A stretch of 63,986 nt of DNA, the filler included. It is 6 parts of 6 records of this genome, joined end to end, with 100 filler letters (N's around TTAATTAATTAA, not from the genome) between each part and the next. Parts side by side here need not be neighbours in the genome. Positions count along the whole stretch, not along the records: positions 1 to 17,625 come from DRR723986_1813; positions 17,726 to 24,702 come from DRR723986_1828; 4 more parts are not named here. The stretch is one strand, 5' to 3'. The notes beneath the pieces were generated by a model, which did not search any database, was not told the DNA's origin, and saw nothing but the letters and a program-made list of their open reading frames with translations. Below are positions 9,151-18,443 of the stretch, one piece after another. Numbering within the stretch: position 1 is the first letter of the stretch; each line of letters begins with the position of its first letter. Position numbers and translations under genes: made by a program.

Positions 9151-9180
9151 AAAAAGCCGGTGGCGCCTAGGCGCCGCCGG
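9151..9180 (-). terminator. Putative intrinsic terminator at the ferredoxin stop
   Basis: Minus strand CCGGCGGCGCC-TA-GGCGCCACCGG followed by CTTTTT, between convergent genes. Confidence 0.5.
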
Positions 9181-9478
9181 GCACCTGCAACACCAGCCCA
9201 TCCAGCGCTGGGTCGGCGATGATCTGGCACGAAAGCCGCGATTGCGCGGTGCGCGGGGCCTCGACCGCATCGAGCATGGCGTCTTCGAAATCGTCCAGCG
9301 CGGGCAAGGCGGCCGCGGATTGGACGTAGACGTGACAGGTGGCGCAGCTGAGATTGCCGCCGCATTCCCCCAAAACCCCAGGCACATTATGCGACACGGC
9401 CGCCTCCATCAAATTGGTGCCGGCGGGAACGGTTGCGCTGATTTCGCGGCCATCGGGCAAAACCCATGTGACATTCAT
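9167..9478 (-). CDS. 2Fe-2S ferredoxin (putidaredoxin/adrenodoxin type)
   Basis: GECGGNLSCATCHV and SRLSCQ; 103 aa. Confidence 0.92.
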   Translation of the reverse strand: MNVTWVLPDGREISATVPAGTNLMEAAVSHNVPGVLGECGGNLSCATCHVYVQSAAALPALDDFEDAMLDAVEAPRTAQSRLSCQIIADPALDGLVLQVPGGA

Positions 9479-9532
9479 TGATCTATCCTTTCAAAGTGCT
9501 GCGCAGGTGGCGGGCGGCCATGCCTGCGGCGC

Positions 9533-9553
9533 GAGTATTTTTAGCAAGATGAA
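9533..9553. repeat. Short intergenic repeat, copy 1
   Basis: GAGTATTTTTAGCAAGATGAA; near-identical copy at 13625-13646. Confidence 0.6.
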
Positions 9554-9563
9554 GGGGAAGGGG

Positions 9564-10853
9564 TTAAAGGAACCAAACGTAGAAATCGCGCAGCTGATCG
9601 CCCTCGAGATCTTTGGTTTTCTTTACCTCTTTTTCCTTCATGAAGATGTGGTTGTCGCACAATTCCTGGCCCACAGCCTGTTGCAGGGCGGTATCGGCGC
9701 GCAGATCTGACATGGCCTCTTTCAGGCTGATGGCGGCGCTGTCTTTGGCATCCCATTTCTCGAACCCATCGCCGGTTTCGATGGGGCCCAGCGTGTAGCT
9801 ATTTTGAACGCCCAGACGCGCCGCCTGCAAGACCGCGGCAACCGCGATATAGGGGTTTGACGAGGCATCGGCCATGCGGTGTTCAAGCCGCGCCTTGGCG
9901 CCACCCTCGGTAGAGATGCGGGTGGTGACATTGCGGTGATCGCCGCCCCAGTTGCACAAAAACCCCGAGAGCGAGCCGGGCTGCAGGCGCTGATAGCTGT
10001 TGGCGGTGGGCGCCACCAACCCTGCCAAGCCGCGGTGATGGTGCATCAGCCCCGCGATACACCCACGGGCCAGATCATTCATGTGATCGGGGCCGCCCTT
10101 TGGCCCCGAGGACAGGGCATTGGCGCCTTGGGCGTCGGTAAAGGAGAAATTGATATGCATCCCCGAGCCACCCGCCTGGGCGATGGGCTTGGGCAAAAAG
10201 GTTAAAACAACGCCATGTTCCAACGCAATTTCCCGCGCCATCAGGCGAAACAGCACGATGGCATCCACCGCCTTGAGCGCATCATCGAAGGTGAGGGTGT
10301 ATTCAAATTGCGGGCTGTCATATTCGGTGGTGATCATATCGAGGGAAAAGCCCAGCTCGCAGGCTTTTTCCCAAATGGCATCGTTAAACCGCAGCGGATC
10401 GGAAAAGGGGCCGGTGCCATAGACATGGGCGCCGGGCGTGTCATAGGGGGTGAGGCGGCCGTTTTCATCGGCGACAAGCGCGAAAGCCTCGAGCTCGATT
10501 CCCACTTTGGGCGACAGGCCCATGGCCTGCCAATCGGCCACGGCACGTTTGAGCGCGCCACGCCCGCAGAGCGGCAGCGGCTGGCCTTCGGTATCGTAGA
10601 GATCGCCGATCACGATCTTGGTGTTGCGATCCCAGCTGTCGCGGATGTTTTCGGCCTGCCAGTGCAATTCCATATCAGGCAGGCCCTGCATCATCATCGC
10701 ACCGGGCGCATCGAGCAGGTCTTTATCGTAATGCACACCGAAATTAGACCGGCAAAACCGGGTGGTGGCATCGGTGATTTTAGAGGCGGGCAGGTATTTG
10801 CCGCGTAAGATGGACAAATGATCGCAAAACAGTGCGCGCAGGCGTTCGGGCAT
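9564..10853 (-). CDS. Glutamine synthetase-like gamma-glutamyl-amine ligase (PuuA/IpuC type)
   Basis: GIELE, EYDSPQFE, KPIAQAGGSGMHINFS, NSYQRL and RLEHR motifs. True start is ATG 10853 with an AGGAGA RBS; the ORF-track extension overlaps the P450. Confidence 0.85.
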   Translation of the reverse strand: MPERLRALFCDHLSILRGKYLPASKITDATTRFCRSNFGVHYDKDLLDAPGAMMMQGLPDMELHWQAENIRDSWDRNTKIVIGDLYDTEGQPLPLCGRGALKRAVADWQAMGLSPKVGIELEAFALVADENGRLTPYDTPGAHVYGTGPFSDPLRFNDAIWEKACELGFSLDMITTEYDSPQFEYTLTFDDALKAVDAIVLFRLMAREIALEHGVVLTFLPKPIAQAGGSGMHINFSFTDAQGANALSSGPKGGPDHMNDLARGCIAGLMHHHRGLAGLVAPTANSYQRLQPGSLSGFLCNWGGDHRNVTTRISTEGGAKARLEHRMADASSNPYIAVAAVLQAARLGVQNSYTLGPIETGDGFEKWDAKDSAAISLKEAMSDLRADTALQQAVGQELCDNHIFMKEKEVKKTKDLEGDQLRDFYVWFL

Positions 10854-10909
10854 GGGGATCTCCTGTTGGGCGGCCAAGATCTGATGTCTTGATCCGGGAA
10901 AAGGGCCGA

Positions 10910-12166
10910 TTAGGCCAGCGTGACACGGACGGGCAAAGATTTCAGCCCGCCCACAAAATTCGAGCGCAAAAACTGATAGGGGCCTGCCGGTTCGATCGCG
11001 GTGATGCGGCGGGCCAGCTCCTGGAACAGCACCCGCACCTCGAGCCGGGCCAGCCACATGCCAAGGCACACATGCGGGCCGCCCTGGCCAAAGGACATAT
11101 GGCGATTGGGGCTGCGCGCCAGATCTACCTGGAAGGGGTTTTCAAACACGGTTTCATCGCGATTGGCCGAGGAAAACCAGAAAAGCACCTTGTCGCCTTC
11201 GCGGATGGTGCGGCCGTGGGCGGTGACATCTTGGGTGGCGGTGCGGCGGAAATAAAGCGCAGGCGTGGCCCAACGAATGATTTCATCTGGCGCGGTTTCC
11301 CAAATATCGCCCTGTTGCATCTGCGCCAACAGCCCCGGCTGATGGGCCAGCGCCTGAATACCTGCGGCGATGGAATAGCGCGTGGTATCGTTACCTGCCG
11401 CCACCAGAAGACAGAAAAAATTGCGAAACTCTTCTTCGGTGATGCGGCTGCCATCTTTGCCAGGTTCGCGAATGAGATGCAGCACGCCTGACGTGTCGCC
11501 GGCGGATTCCTTCTGCGCCATCAGCTCTTTAGCGTATTGATAAAGCTCGGCCCCGGCGGGCGAGTTGAACGGCATCATGCGAAATTCATCGGTGGTCATG
11601 CGATCGAGCACATGATCGGTAAAATCAGGGTCGGTGTTGGCGATCAGCGCGTCGCCCTTTTCCACCAGCCACGGCAAATCGGCGTCGGGCGTGCCAATGA
11701 TACGGCCCAGCATGCGCATGGGCAATTGCCGCGCGATGGTGCGTGTGGCGTCAAACTCGTGCGATTGCAGGACTTCATCCAGAATTTCGGTGCAAAGGGT
11801 GCGGATTTCGGCCTCGAATTGATCGATCACGCCTTTGGAAAAGGCGCGCGCCACCTTGATGCGGGTTTGCATATGCTCGGGCGGATCGGTTTCCTGAAAG
11901 GTGCGGCGCGCCAGATATTCCTCGTAGGTCTGGTCCTCCATCCGGATACCGCGCGCCGATGAAAACACGGCAAAATTGCGGTTCATCTCGGTGATATCGG
12001 CATGGCGGGTGATCGACCAAAACCCCTGCCCATCGGCGTAGTCTGTCCAATGCACCGGGTCTTCGCGGCGCAGCCGGGCGAATGTGTTATGCGGGGCGCC
12101 GGCCACAAAAGTATCGTGGCTGGTCAGATCGGCATAGCCATCGTCATTTGGAACCCAGACTGTCAT
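10910..12166 (-). CDS. Cytochrome P450
   Basis: Heme motif FGQGGPHVCLG, I-helix AAGNDTT, ExxR (EIIR), DPPEH; 418 aa. Confidence 0.95.
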   Translation of the reverse strand: MTVWVPNDDGYADLTSHDTFVAGAPHNTFARLRREDPVHWTDYADGQGFWSITRHADITEMNRNFAVFSSARGIRMEDQTYEEYLARRTFQETDPPEHMQTRIKVARAFSKGVIDQFEAEIRTLCTEILDEVLQSHEFDATRTIARQLPMRMLGRIIGTPDADLPWLVEKGDALIANTDPDFTDHVLDRMTTDEFRMMPFNSPAGAELYQYAKELMAQKESAGDTSGVLHLIREPGKDGSRITEEEFRNFFCLLVAAGNDTTRYSIAAGIQALAHQPGLLAQMQQGDIWETAPDEIIRWATPALYFRRTATQDVTAHGRTIREGDKVLFWFSSANRDETVFENPFQVDLARSPNRHMSFGQGGPHVCLGMWLARLEVRVLFQELARRITAIEPAGPYQFLRSNFVGGLKSLPVRVTLA

Positions 12167-12232
12167 ATTCTACCCTTTCCTTAACTTGTTTTGTATATTA
12201 TATGATGCTATAAATATGTAAAGGGAAATAGC

Positions 12233-12940
12233 ATGCGCTTGGCGATCTTGATGGCAAACACGGATGTGTCCGACTTTGCGCGCGGGCATCCAGATGATGG
12301 GCAAAAGTTTTCAGCCCTGATTGCCACTGTGCGCCCCAAATGGGATTGCACAGTATTCTTGGCACGCGACGGTGAATTTCCCGAAAATTTAGATGCGTTT
12401 GATGGGTTTCTTGTAACGGGCAGCCCTGCATCGGTGCATGATGGGCATGGCTGGATTGGCCAGCTAGAGGGGATGCTGCGCGCGATTGTTGCGCAAAAGC
12501 GCCCCTTGTTTGGCGCCTGTTTTGGCCATCAGCTGATTGCACAGGCGCTGGGGGGCACGATTGGGCCAAACCCGGGCGGCTGGGTGCTGGGCCGCGAAAC
12601 CACACACATAACCGCGCGCCCCCCCTACATGGCGGCGCTGCCAGATGTGCTGAACCTATACGCCGCCCATGTCGAGCAAATCACCACCCCACCCCCGGGT
12701 ATCGAGGTGCTATGCGGCAATGCGGCCTGCCCGATTGGCGGCTTTGCCATGGGGCGCCATGTATATACCACACAATATCACCCAGAAATGCAGCCCGGGT
12801 TTATTGCCGCGCTTACCCAGCATCTCGAGGGCAAACTGCCGCCAGAGGTGATTGAACAGGCGCGCGCCTCGTTGCAACAACAGGCCGACACGATGGCCTT
12901 TGCCGAAAGCATTGCCGCGTTTTTTGAGCAGGCGCGCTAA
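12233..12940 (+). CDS. Class I glutamine amidotransferase-like hydrolase (putative gamma-glutamyl-amide hydrolase)
   Basis: TGSPASV, nucleophile elbow GACFGHQ and QYHPE triad. Confidence 0.88.
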   Translation: MRLAILMANTDVSDFARGHPDDGQKFSALIATVRPKWDCTVFLARDGEFPENLDAFDGFLVTGSPASVHDGHGWIGQLEGMLRAIVAQKRPLFGACFGHQLIAQALGGTIGPNPGGWVLGRETTHITARPPYMAALPDVLNLYAAHVEQITTPPPGIEVLCGNAACPIGGFAMGRHVYTTQYHPEMQPGFIAALTQHLEGKLPPEVIEQARASLQQQADTMAFAESIAAFFEQAR

Positions 12941-13587
12941 TCAAGAACGGCCAGCAGATCCATGGCGGTCAGCTGATCAAACTGCACATGCGCAGCCATG
13001 GCCTGTTCGGCCGCATCGGGATCGCGCGCCAAGATCAGCGTGGTGATCTGGCGATGTTCGCGTGCCGAACTGCCGATCACGCCTTTGTAGTGATAGCGCG
13101 CGCGATAATAGGCCATCAATTTCCGCGCATTGGTTTTGATCATGTCCAGCAAAAACGGGTTGCAGGCGGCATCGGCCACTGCCGCATGATAGGCCATATT
13201 CAGCTGATAATAGGCATCGGGGCGGGCATCGCCATGGGTGGCGGCATGGGCCTCGCAGGCGGCGGTTGCGGCCTCGATACGGGCGGCATGCCCGGCCGAT
13301 AGCCGCCGCGCCGCCAGCCCTGCGGCCTGACCTTCAAGCTTGGCGTGCACCTCGAGAATGGCCAAAAATTCTGCCAGCGAGGGGCGAAAAACCACCGCCC
13401 CCTTGCGTGGCAACCGTTGGATAAGCCCGGCCGCTTCCAGCTGGATAAACGCCTCGCGCACAGGCGTGCGCGAGACGCCATGCGCCTCGATCAGCGCGCC
13501 CTCTTCGATCAGCTTGCCCGGTGTCAGGCTGCCATCTTCGATGGCACCAAGAATGGCCGCGATGATGATATCCGTCTGTCCTGCCAA
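12937..13587 (-). CDS. GntR family (FCD) transcriptional regulator
   Basis: wHTH GVSRTPVREA; FCD domain with N..YH and EH motifs. Confidence 0.9.
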   Translation of the reverse strand: MAGQTDIIIAAILGAIEDGSLTPGKLIEEGALIEAHGVSRTPVREAFIQLEAAGLIQRLPRKGAVVFRPSLAEFLAILEVHAKLEGQAAGLAARRLSAGHAARIEAATAACEAHAATHGDARPDAYYQLNMAYHAAVADAACNPFLLDMIKTNARKLMAYYRARYHYKGVIGSSAREHRQITTLILARDPDAAEQAMAAHVQFDQLTAMDLLAVLD

Positions 13588-13624
13588 ATCTTTGCCCGTC
13601 CACGCCTGGGGAAATGTTGGGTTT

Positions 13625-13646
13625 GAGTATATTTTAGCAAGATGAA
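13625..13646. repeat. Short intergenic repeat, copy 2
   Basis: GAGTATATTTTAGCAAGATGAA, same orientation as the copy at 9533-9553. Confidence 0.6.
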
Positions 13647-13691
13647 ATTATGCAATATGCGATAAATTCCGTCGTATCCCCAATCCAGCCC

Positions 13692-14465
13692 CTAGCCACG
13701 GCTTTGCCACAGCGCCACCGTATCGCGGGCGGCGCGGGCCAGCATCACCACATCGATGCCCACCGCCAGAAATTGTGCGCCCCATTTAGCATAGGTTTGG
13801 GCGGTTTCATCATCAACGGCCAGAATGCCCGCAGCCTTTGGGCTGGCCGCGATTGTGGCCAGGGCCTGCTGGATAGCCGCGGCCACGGGTGCTGCGGCAG
13901 ATTGCCCGGGATAGCCCAGATCGGCGGCCAGATCGGCGGGGCCGATGAACACGCCATCTACCCCCTCGACCGCCAGGATGGCATCGAGGTTTTCCAGCCC
14001 CGCGCGGGTTTCCACCTGCACCAGCAGGCACATTTGATCATTCGCGGTTGTGACATAATCGGGAATGGCCGAAAATTCAGAGGCGCGCGCCAAGGCCGCC
14101 CCTGCCCCGCGCACGCCCTGTGGCGGGTAGCGCATGGCGCGCACCAGATCCTGGGCTTGTTCCGCGCTTTCGACCATCGGGATCAGCAAGGTTTGCGCCC
14201 CGGCATCAAGCACCTGTTTGATCGCCCAGGTTTCGCCCATAGGCAGGCGCACCACCGGGTGGCTATGCGCCCCTTTCATCGCCACAAGCTGCGCCATGAT
14301 GGTGCGCAGATCGTTTGGGGCGTGTTCGCCATCGATCACCAGCCAGTCAAAGCCCGCGCTGGCCAGCACCTCGGTTGGATAGGGGTCGGCAAACCCGGCC
14401 CAGCAGCCGATCAGCCGCTGGCCTGTGGCAAGGCGGTGCTTGAAACTGTTTACTGGGGCAGGCAT
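13692..14465 (-). CDS. HpcH/HpaI class II pyruvate aldolase
   Basis: GFDWLVIDGEHAPND, VRAMRYPPQGVRG, QVET and DGVFIGPADL motifs. Confidence 0.9.
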   Translation of the reverse strand: MPAPVNSFKHRLATGQRLIGCWAGFADPYPTEVLASAGFDWLVIDGEHAPNDLRTIMAQLVAMKGAHSHPVVRLPMGETWAIKQVLDAGAQTLLIPMVESAEQAQDLVRAMRYPPQGVRGAGAALARASEFSAIPDYVTTANDQMCLLVQVETRAGLENLDAILAVEGVDGVFIGPADLAADLGYPGQSAAAPVAAAIQQALATIAASPKAAGILAVDDETAQTYAKWGAQFLAVGIDVVMLARAARDTVALWQSRG

Positions 14466-14468
14466 GGC

Positions 14469-15887
14469 TTATCCCTTTCGGATTTTATCGGCGATCTCGG
14501 TGATCACGTCATAGGCGGTGTTGATGTCGGCTGCGGTGCAATCGAATTGCCCGGCTTGGAAGCGGATAACAAAGCGGTCGTCAACGCGGGTTTGGGTAAG
14601 GTAAATGCGGCCATCGTTGTTGATCTGCGTGATCAGGTCAAGCGTGGCCTCTTCCGCCGACATGCCCGCGGGGCAAAAGCGGAAGGTGAAAAGCGACAAG
14701 ATGGGTTGGCTGACAATCTCGAAATCGGGCACGGCCTGCAGCCGCTGGGCCAGCGATTGGGCCCATGTGACATGGTTGCGGATCATCTGGCGCAGCCCCT
14801 CAAGCCCGTAGGCGCGCAGCAGAAACCACAGCTTCAGCGCCCGAAACCGCCGCCCCAGCGGCACGGACCATTCGGAATAGTTGATCACCCCATCGGCGCC
14901 ATGGGTTTTCAGATATTCGGGCTGGATGGCCAAGGTGCGGGTTAAATCCGCGGGCGAGCGGATAAAATGCGCCGATAGGTCAAACTGCGTGCCAAGCCAT
15001 TTATGCGGGTTGAACACAACACTATCGGCCATCTCGACCCCGGCCCAGAGGCTGCGGAACTCGGGGCAAATCATGGCGCTGCCGGCCCAGGCGGCATCGA
15101 CATGGGTATAAAGGCCAAAGCGCCCTGCGATGGTGCAGAGCGCCGCCACATCATCGCAGGCGCCCATGCCGGTGGCGCCGGTGCAGGCGATCACCCCGGC
15201 GGGGCGGTGGCCTGCGGCCAAATCGGCCTCGATCGCGGCGGTCAGCGCCGCTGGGCACATGGCGCGCATGGGGCCGGGGGCCAGGGGCACGCGCACCAGG
15301 TTTTCCTGCCCGATGCCTGCCACCCAAATGGCGCGGTCAATAGAGCTGTGCGCCTCGGGCGAGCAATAGATGCGCAGGCGGGGCTGGCCCGAAAGGCCGG
15401 CTGCATTGCCCTGCCAGTTCAACGCGCGTTCGCGCATGGTCAGCACCGCCGCCAGCGTTGCCGAGGAGGCGCTATCTTGGATCACACCGGCAAATGTTTC
15501 AGGCAGGCCCACCGCGTGGCGTAGCCATTCCATCATGCGGGTTTCCATCTCGGTTGCGGCGGGCGAGGTTTGCCACAGCATGCATTGCGGCGCCATCACC
15601 GTGGCCAGCTGATCGGCCAGAACCGCCGCGGGGGATGCGTTTGATGGGAAATAGGCAAAAAACCGGGGGTGTTGCCAATGGGTGATGCCGGGCATCACGA
15701 TACGCTCGAAATCTTCGATCACTTGCGCAATGGGTTGGGGCGCCTCGGGCGGGGTTGCAGGCAGGGCGGCCAAGGTTTCACCGGGCTGCACCTGTGCGCG
15801 CACGGGCCTGTCGCGCAGGCCGTTATGATAGCTTGCGGCCCAATCGGCCAGCCAATGGCCCCATTTTGGAAAATCGCTCCAGCGCAT
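14469..15887 (-). CDS. Aromatic L-amino acid decarboxylase (group II PLP decarboxylase)
   Basis: PGITHWQHPRFFAYFP, SPAATEME, HVDAAWAG, NPHKW and LGRRFRALKLW motifs. Start at ATG 15887. Confidence 0.9.
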   Translation of the reverse strand: MRWSDFPKWGHWLADWAASYHNGLRDRPVRAQVQPGETLAALPATPPEAPQPIAQVIEDFERIVMPGITHWQHPRFFAYFPSNASPAAVLADQLATVMAPQCMLWQTSPAATEMETRMMEWLRHAVGLPETFAGVIQDSASSATLAAVLTMRERALNWQGNAAGLSGQPRLRIYCSPEAHSSIDRAIWVAGIGQENLVRVPLAPGPMRAMCPAALTAAIEADLAAGHRPAGVIACTGATGMGACDDVAALCTIAGRFGLYTHVDAAWAGSAMICPEFRSLWAGVEMADSVVFNPHKWLGTQFDLSAHFIRSPADLTRTLAIQPEYLKTHGADGVINYSEWSVPLGRRFRALKLWFLLRAYGLEGLRQMIRNHVTWAQSLAQRLQAVPDFEIVSQPILSLFTFRFCPAGMSAEEATLDLITQINNDGRIYLTQTRVDDRFVIRFQAGQFDCTAADINTAYDVITEIADKIRKG

Positions 15888-15974
15888 TGCACCGCCCCCT
15901 TGATCATGATGTTTAACATGACAAGTAAACCAGCCGGGCCAGATGGGCAAGCCCGGCCTTGGGGTGCGGCGCCA

Positions 15975-16178
15975 CTAGGCGGGCTGGCCCGCCTGCTTTG
16001 CCGCTTGCAGCGCTTGGGCAATGATCTGACGATCACCGATATGGTTGGCCAACACCAAAATAAGCCGGGCATTCAGCGCATCAGATTGCGCCTTGTCCAG
16101 GCCTTCGTGGGCCTCAAGCAGATCGGCATACACATCATCGGGGCGGTCAAAATTTGGGGTCAGGATCAAACTGCTCAT
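15975..16178 (-). CDS. DUF2783 family small protein
   Basis: PDDVYADLLEAHEGL...NARLILVLANHIGD; directly downstream of the FAD monooxygenase. Confidence 0.8.
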   Translation of the reverse strand: MSSLILTPNFDRPDDVYADLLEAHEGLDKAQSDALNARLILVLANHIGDRQIIAQALQAAKQAGQPA

Positions 16179-16181
16179 GTC

Positions 16182-17625
16182 TTAGCCCTGTGCCGTTGCG
16201 CGCAGCAGGGCTGCGCATATGTCGGTTTCATTATAGCTGGGCCAGCGGGCCGCCACATGCTGGTCGGGGCGCAGCAGATAGACGGCCGTGGGCGCATCGC
16301 CCAAATAGCGCTGGGCCAAAGCGGGATTGGTTTCGGGATCGCAAGACAGGGTCAGCGGCCGCACGGCAATGCCATTGATCTGCAGCGCCTCGGGCGCGGG
16401 TGTATTGATGCACAAAATCACGAAATCATTGCCCAGCTGCGGCAGCAAATAGCCATTTTCTAGCGCCACATCGGGGCATGGGGCACCAGGGCGGGTGCGT
16501 GCTGGCCCTTGGGGCAGCGCATCTGCACTGTTCAAAACCGAGCCATCATAGGTGCAGGGCAAAGACAGACGCCCCGAATTCACCAAGGGGCGGGCAAAGG
16601 CGAAATGTTCAGACAGATCCAGCACCGCATCGCGGAAAATACGGCTTTGCTGGGATTTTGGGGTGATGAAATCGGTCGAGCGGGACGAGTTCAAGATATT
16701 CTCGTCGGCGCCATAGACCCGCTCGCTATCGTAGCTGTCCAGCAGCGCGGGTGGCGCTTTGCCATCGATCACCAGCTTTAATTTCCACACCAGGTTATCT
16801 GCATCTTGCAGGCCCGAATTTGCGCCGCGCGCCCCAAAGGGGCTGACCTGATGGGCGCTGTCGCCTGCAAAAACCACGCGGTTGTGGCGGAATTTCTCCA
16901 TTCGGCGGCATTGGAACGTGTAGATCGATACCCATTCCAGCTGGAAATTCACATCCTCGCCCAGCATGGCCTTGAGCCGTGGTATCACCCTTTCGGGCTG
17001 TTTTTCCTGCTCTTTGTCAATATCCCAACCCAGCTGCAGATCGATGCGCCACACACCATCGGGCTGTTTGTGCAGTAAGGCCGATTGGCCCTTGTTAAAG
17101 GGGGGATCGAACCAAAACCACCGTTCGGTGGGGAATTCAGCATCCATGATCACATCAGCGATCAAGAAGTTATCTTCGAAAACGCGGCCCACAAAATCGA
17201 GGCCCATCATCGCGCGAATGGGGCTGCCGGCACCATCGCAGGCAATCAGCCAATCGGCCTGCAAATCATAGGGGCCTTCGGGCGTATCGATGCGCAGCGC
17301 CACGTGATCGCCCCGGTCGTCTACCTGCAACACCTTGTTTTGGCCGCGCAATTCGATGGGGGCGCCTTGGCTTTGCAATTGCTGCGCACGCTGCACCAGA
17401 TAGGTTTCGAAATAATATTGCTGCAGGTTGATGAAGGCCGGGCGCTGGTGGCCATCTTCGGGGAGCAGGTTGAATTCATAGACCTTGCGATCGCCAAAGA
17501 ACACTTTGCCAAGGTTCCAGACCACGCCCTTATCGACCATCTGCTGCCCGCAGCCCAAACGATCGAGGATTTCCAGCTGGCGCTTGGCAAAGCAAATCGC
17601 GCGGCTGCCAAAGCTGACCTTGTCG
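16182..17625 (-). CDS. FAD-dependent aromatic monooxygenase (MhpA/PheA-like), 5'-truncated at the contig end
   Basis: Frame is open to the spacer (GSRAICFAKR); ACDGAGS, FAGDSAHQVSPFGARGANSG and LLRPDQHV motifs. Confidence 0.88.
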
Positions 17626-17725
17626 NNNNNNNNNNNNNNNNNNNNNNNNNNNNNNNNNNNNNNNNNNNNTTAATTAATTAANNNNNNNNNNNNNNNNNNN
17701 NNNNNNNNNNNNNNNNNNNNNNNNN
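17626..17725. other. Artificial contig spacer
   Basis: N44-TTAATTAATTAA-N44; genes are truncated on both sides. Confidence 0.98.
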
Positions 17726-17773
17726 TTCTTCCAGCTTGTAGGCTTTGATCTTGTCGAGAATGGTATCGGTCAT
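17726..17773 (-). CDS. trpC: Indole-3-glycerol phosphate synthase, 5' fragment
   Basis: MTDTILDKIKAYKLEE from ATG 17773; downstream of trpD-ung. Confidence 0.8.
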
Positions 17774-17783
17774 GGCAGCTTTC

Positions 17784-18443
17784 TCATGGGTTGGCCCAGT
17801 TTATGACCCCCATGCCGCGGGCCTGCAACCATGCATTGCTGCGGCTAAAGGGGCGGGCGCCAAAAAATCCGCGATAAACGGATAGGGGGGACGGGTGGGC
17901 CGTCTCGATCTTGAGGTTTTGATCCGGGTCGATGGTGTGTCCGATCTTATGCGCCGGACCACCCCAAAGCAGATAGACGCGCGGGCGATCTGCGAGTTTG
18001 GCCAGAACTTCCTGAACCAGCACGGACCAGCCCAGTTTGGCATGCGCCTTGGCCGCGCCCTGCGGCACAGTGAGCGCGGTATTGAGCAGCAAAACACCCT
18101 GATCGGCCCAATCTTGCAGATCGGTCTTGGTGCGGATCTGCCCCAGATCTGTCTCTATCTCTTTGAAAATATTGCCAAGACTATCAAGGCGCCCGCCAAA
18201 ATCCTGCGGGATCGAAAACGCGAGACCGTCGGCTTTGCCCGGTGTGTGATATGGGTCTTGGCCAAGGATCACGACACGGGTGTCCTCCGGCTGGCAGCGT
18301 TCCAATGCGTTAAAGACCGCATTGGCGGGCGGGAAGACCGGGCGCTCCTCTGCTGCGAGGGCGGCTTCGATCTTTGGCAATGTGGTCTCAAAGAACGGCA
18401 GATCGGCCCAACCCCCAAGGCGGCTGAGGTCGAGGGCGGTCAT
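17784..18443 (-). CDS. ung: Uracil-DNA glycosylase family 1
   Basis: [20 protein letters not shown] and HPSPLS motifs. ATGA overlap with the trpD stop. Confidence 0.92.
   Translation of the reverse strand: MTALDLSRLGGWADLPFFETTLPKIEAALAAEERPVFPPANAVFNALERCQPEDTRVVILGQDPYHTPGKADGLAFSIPQDFGGRLDSLGNIFKEIETDLGQIRTKTDLQDWADQGVLLLNTALTVPQGAAKAHAKLGWSVLVQEVLAKLADRPRVYLLWGGPAHKIGHTIDPDQNLKIETAHPSPLSVYRGFFGARPFSRSNAWLQARGMGVINWANP

Noticed and set aside
10854-11069. N-terminal extension of the GS-like ORF (possible P450-GS overlap or fusion)
   Set aside because: A good RBS and ATG lie at 10853; the extension is just an open frame overlapping the P450 3' end.
13650-14945. 431-aa plus-strand ORF
   Set aside because: Antisense to the well-supported aldolase and decarboxylase genes.
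17670-17681. TTAATTAATTAA as a biological motif (CtrA-like site or repeat)
   Set aside because: It is identical at all five N-gaps and is a six-frame stop linker added during concatenation.
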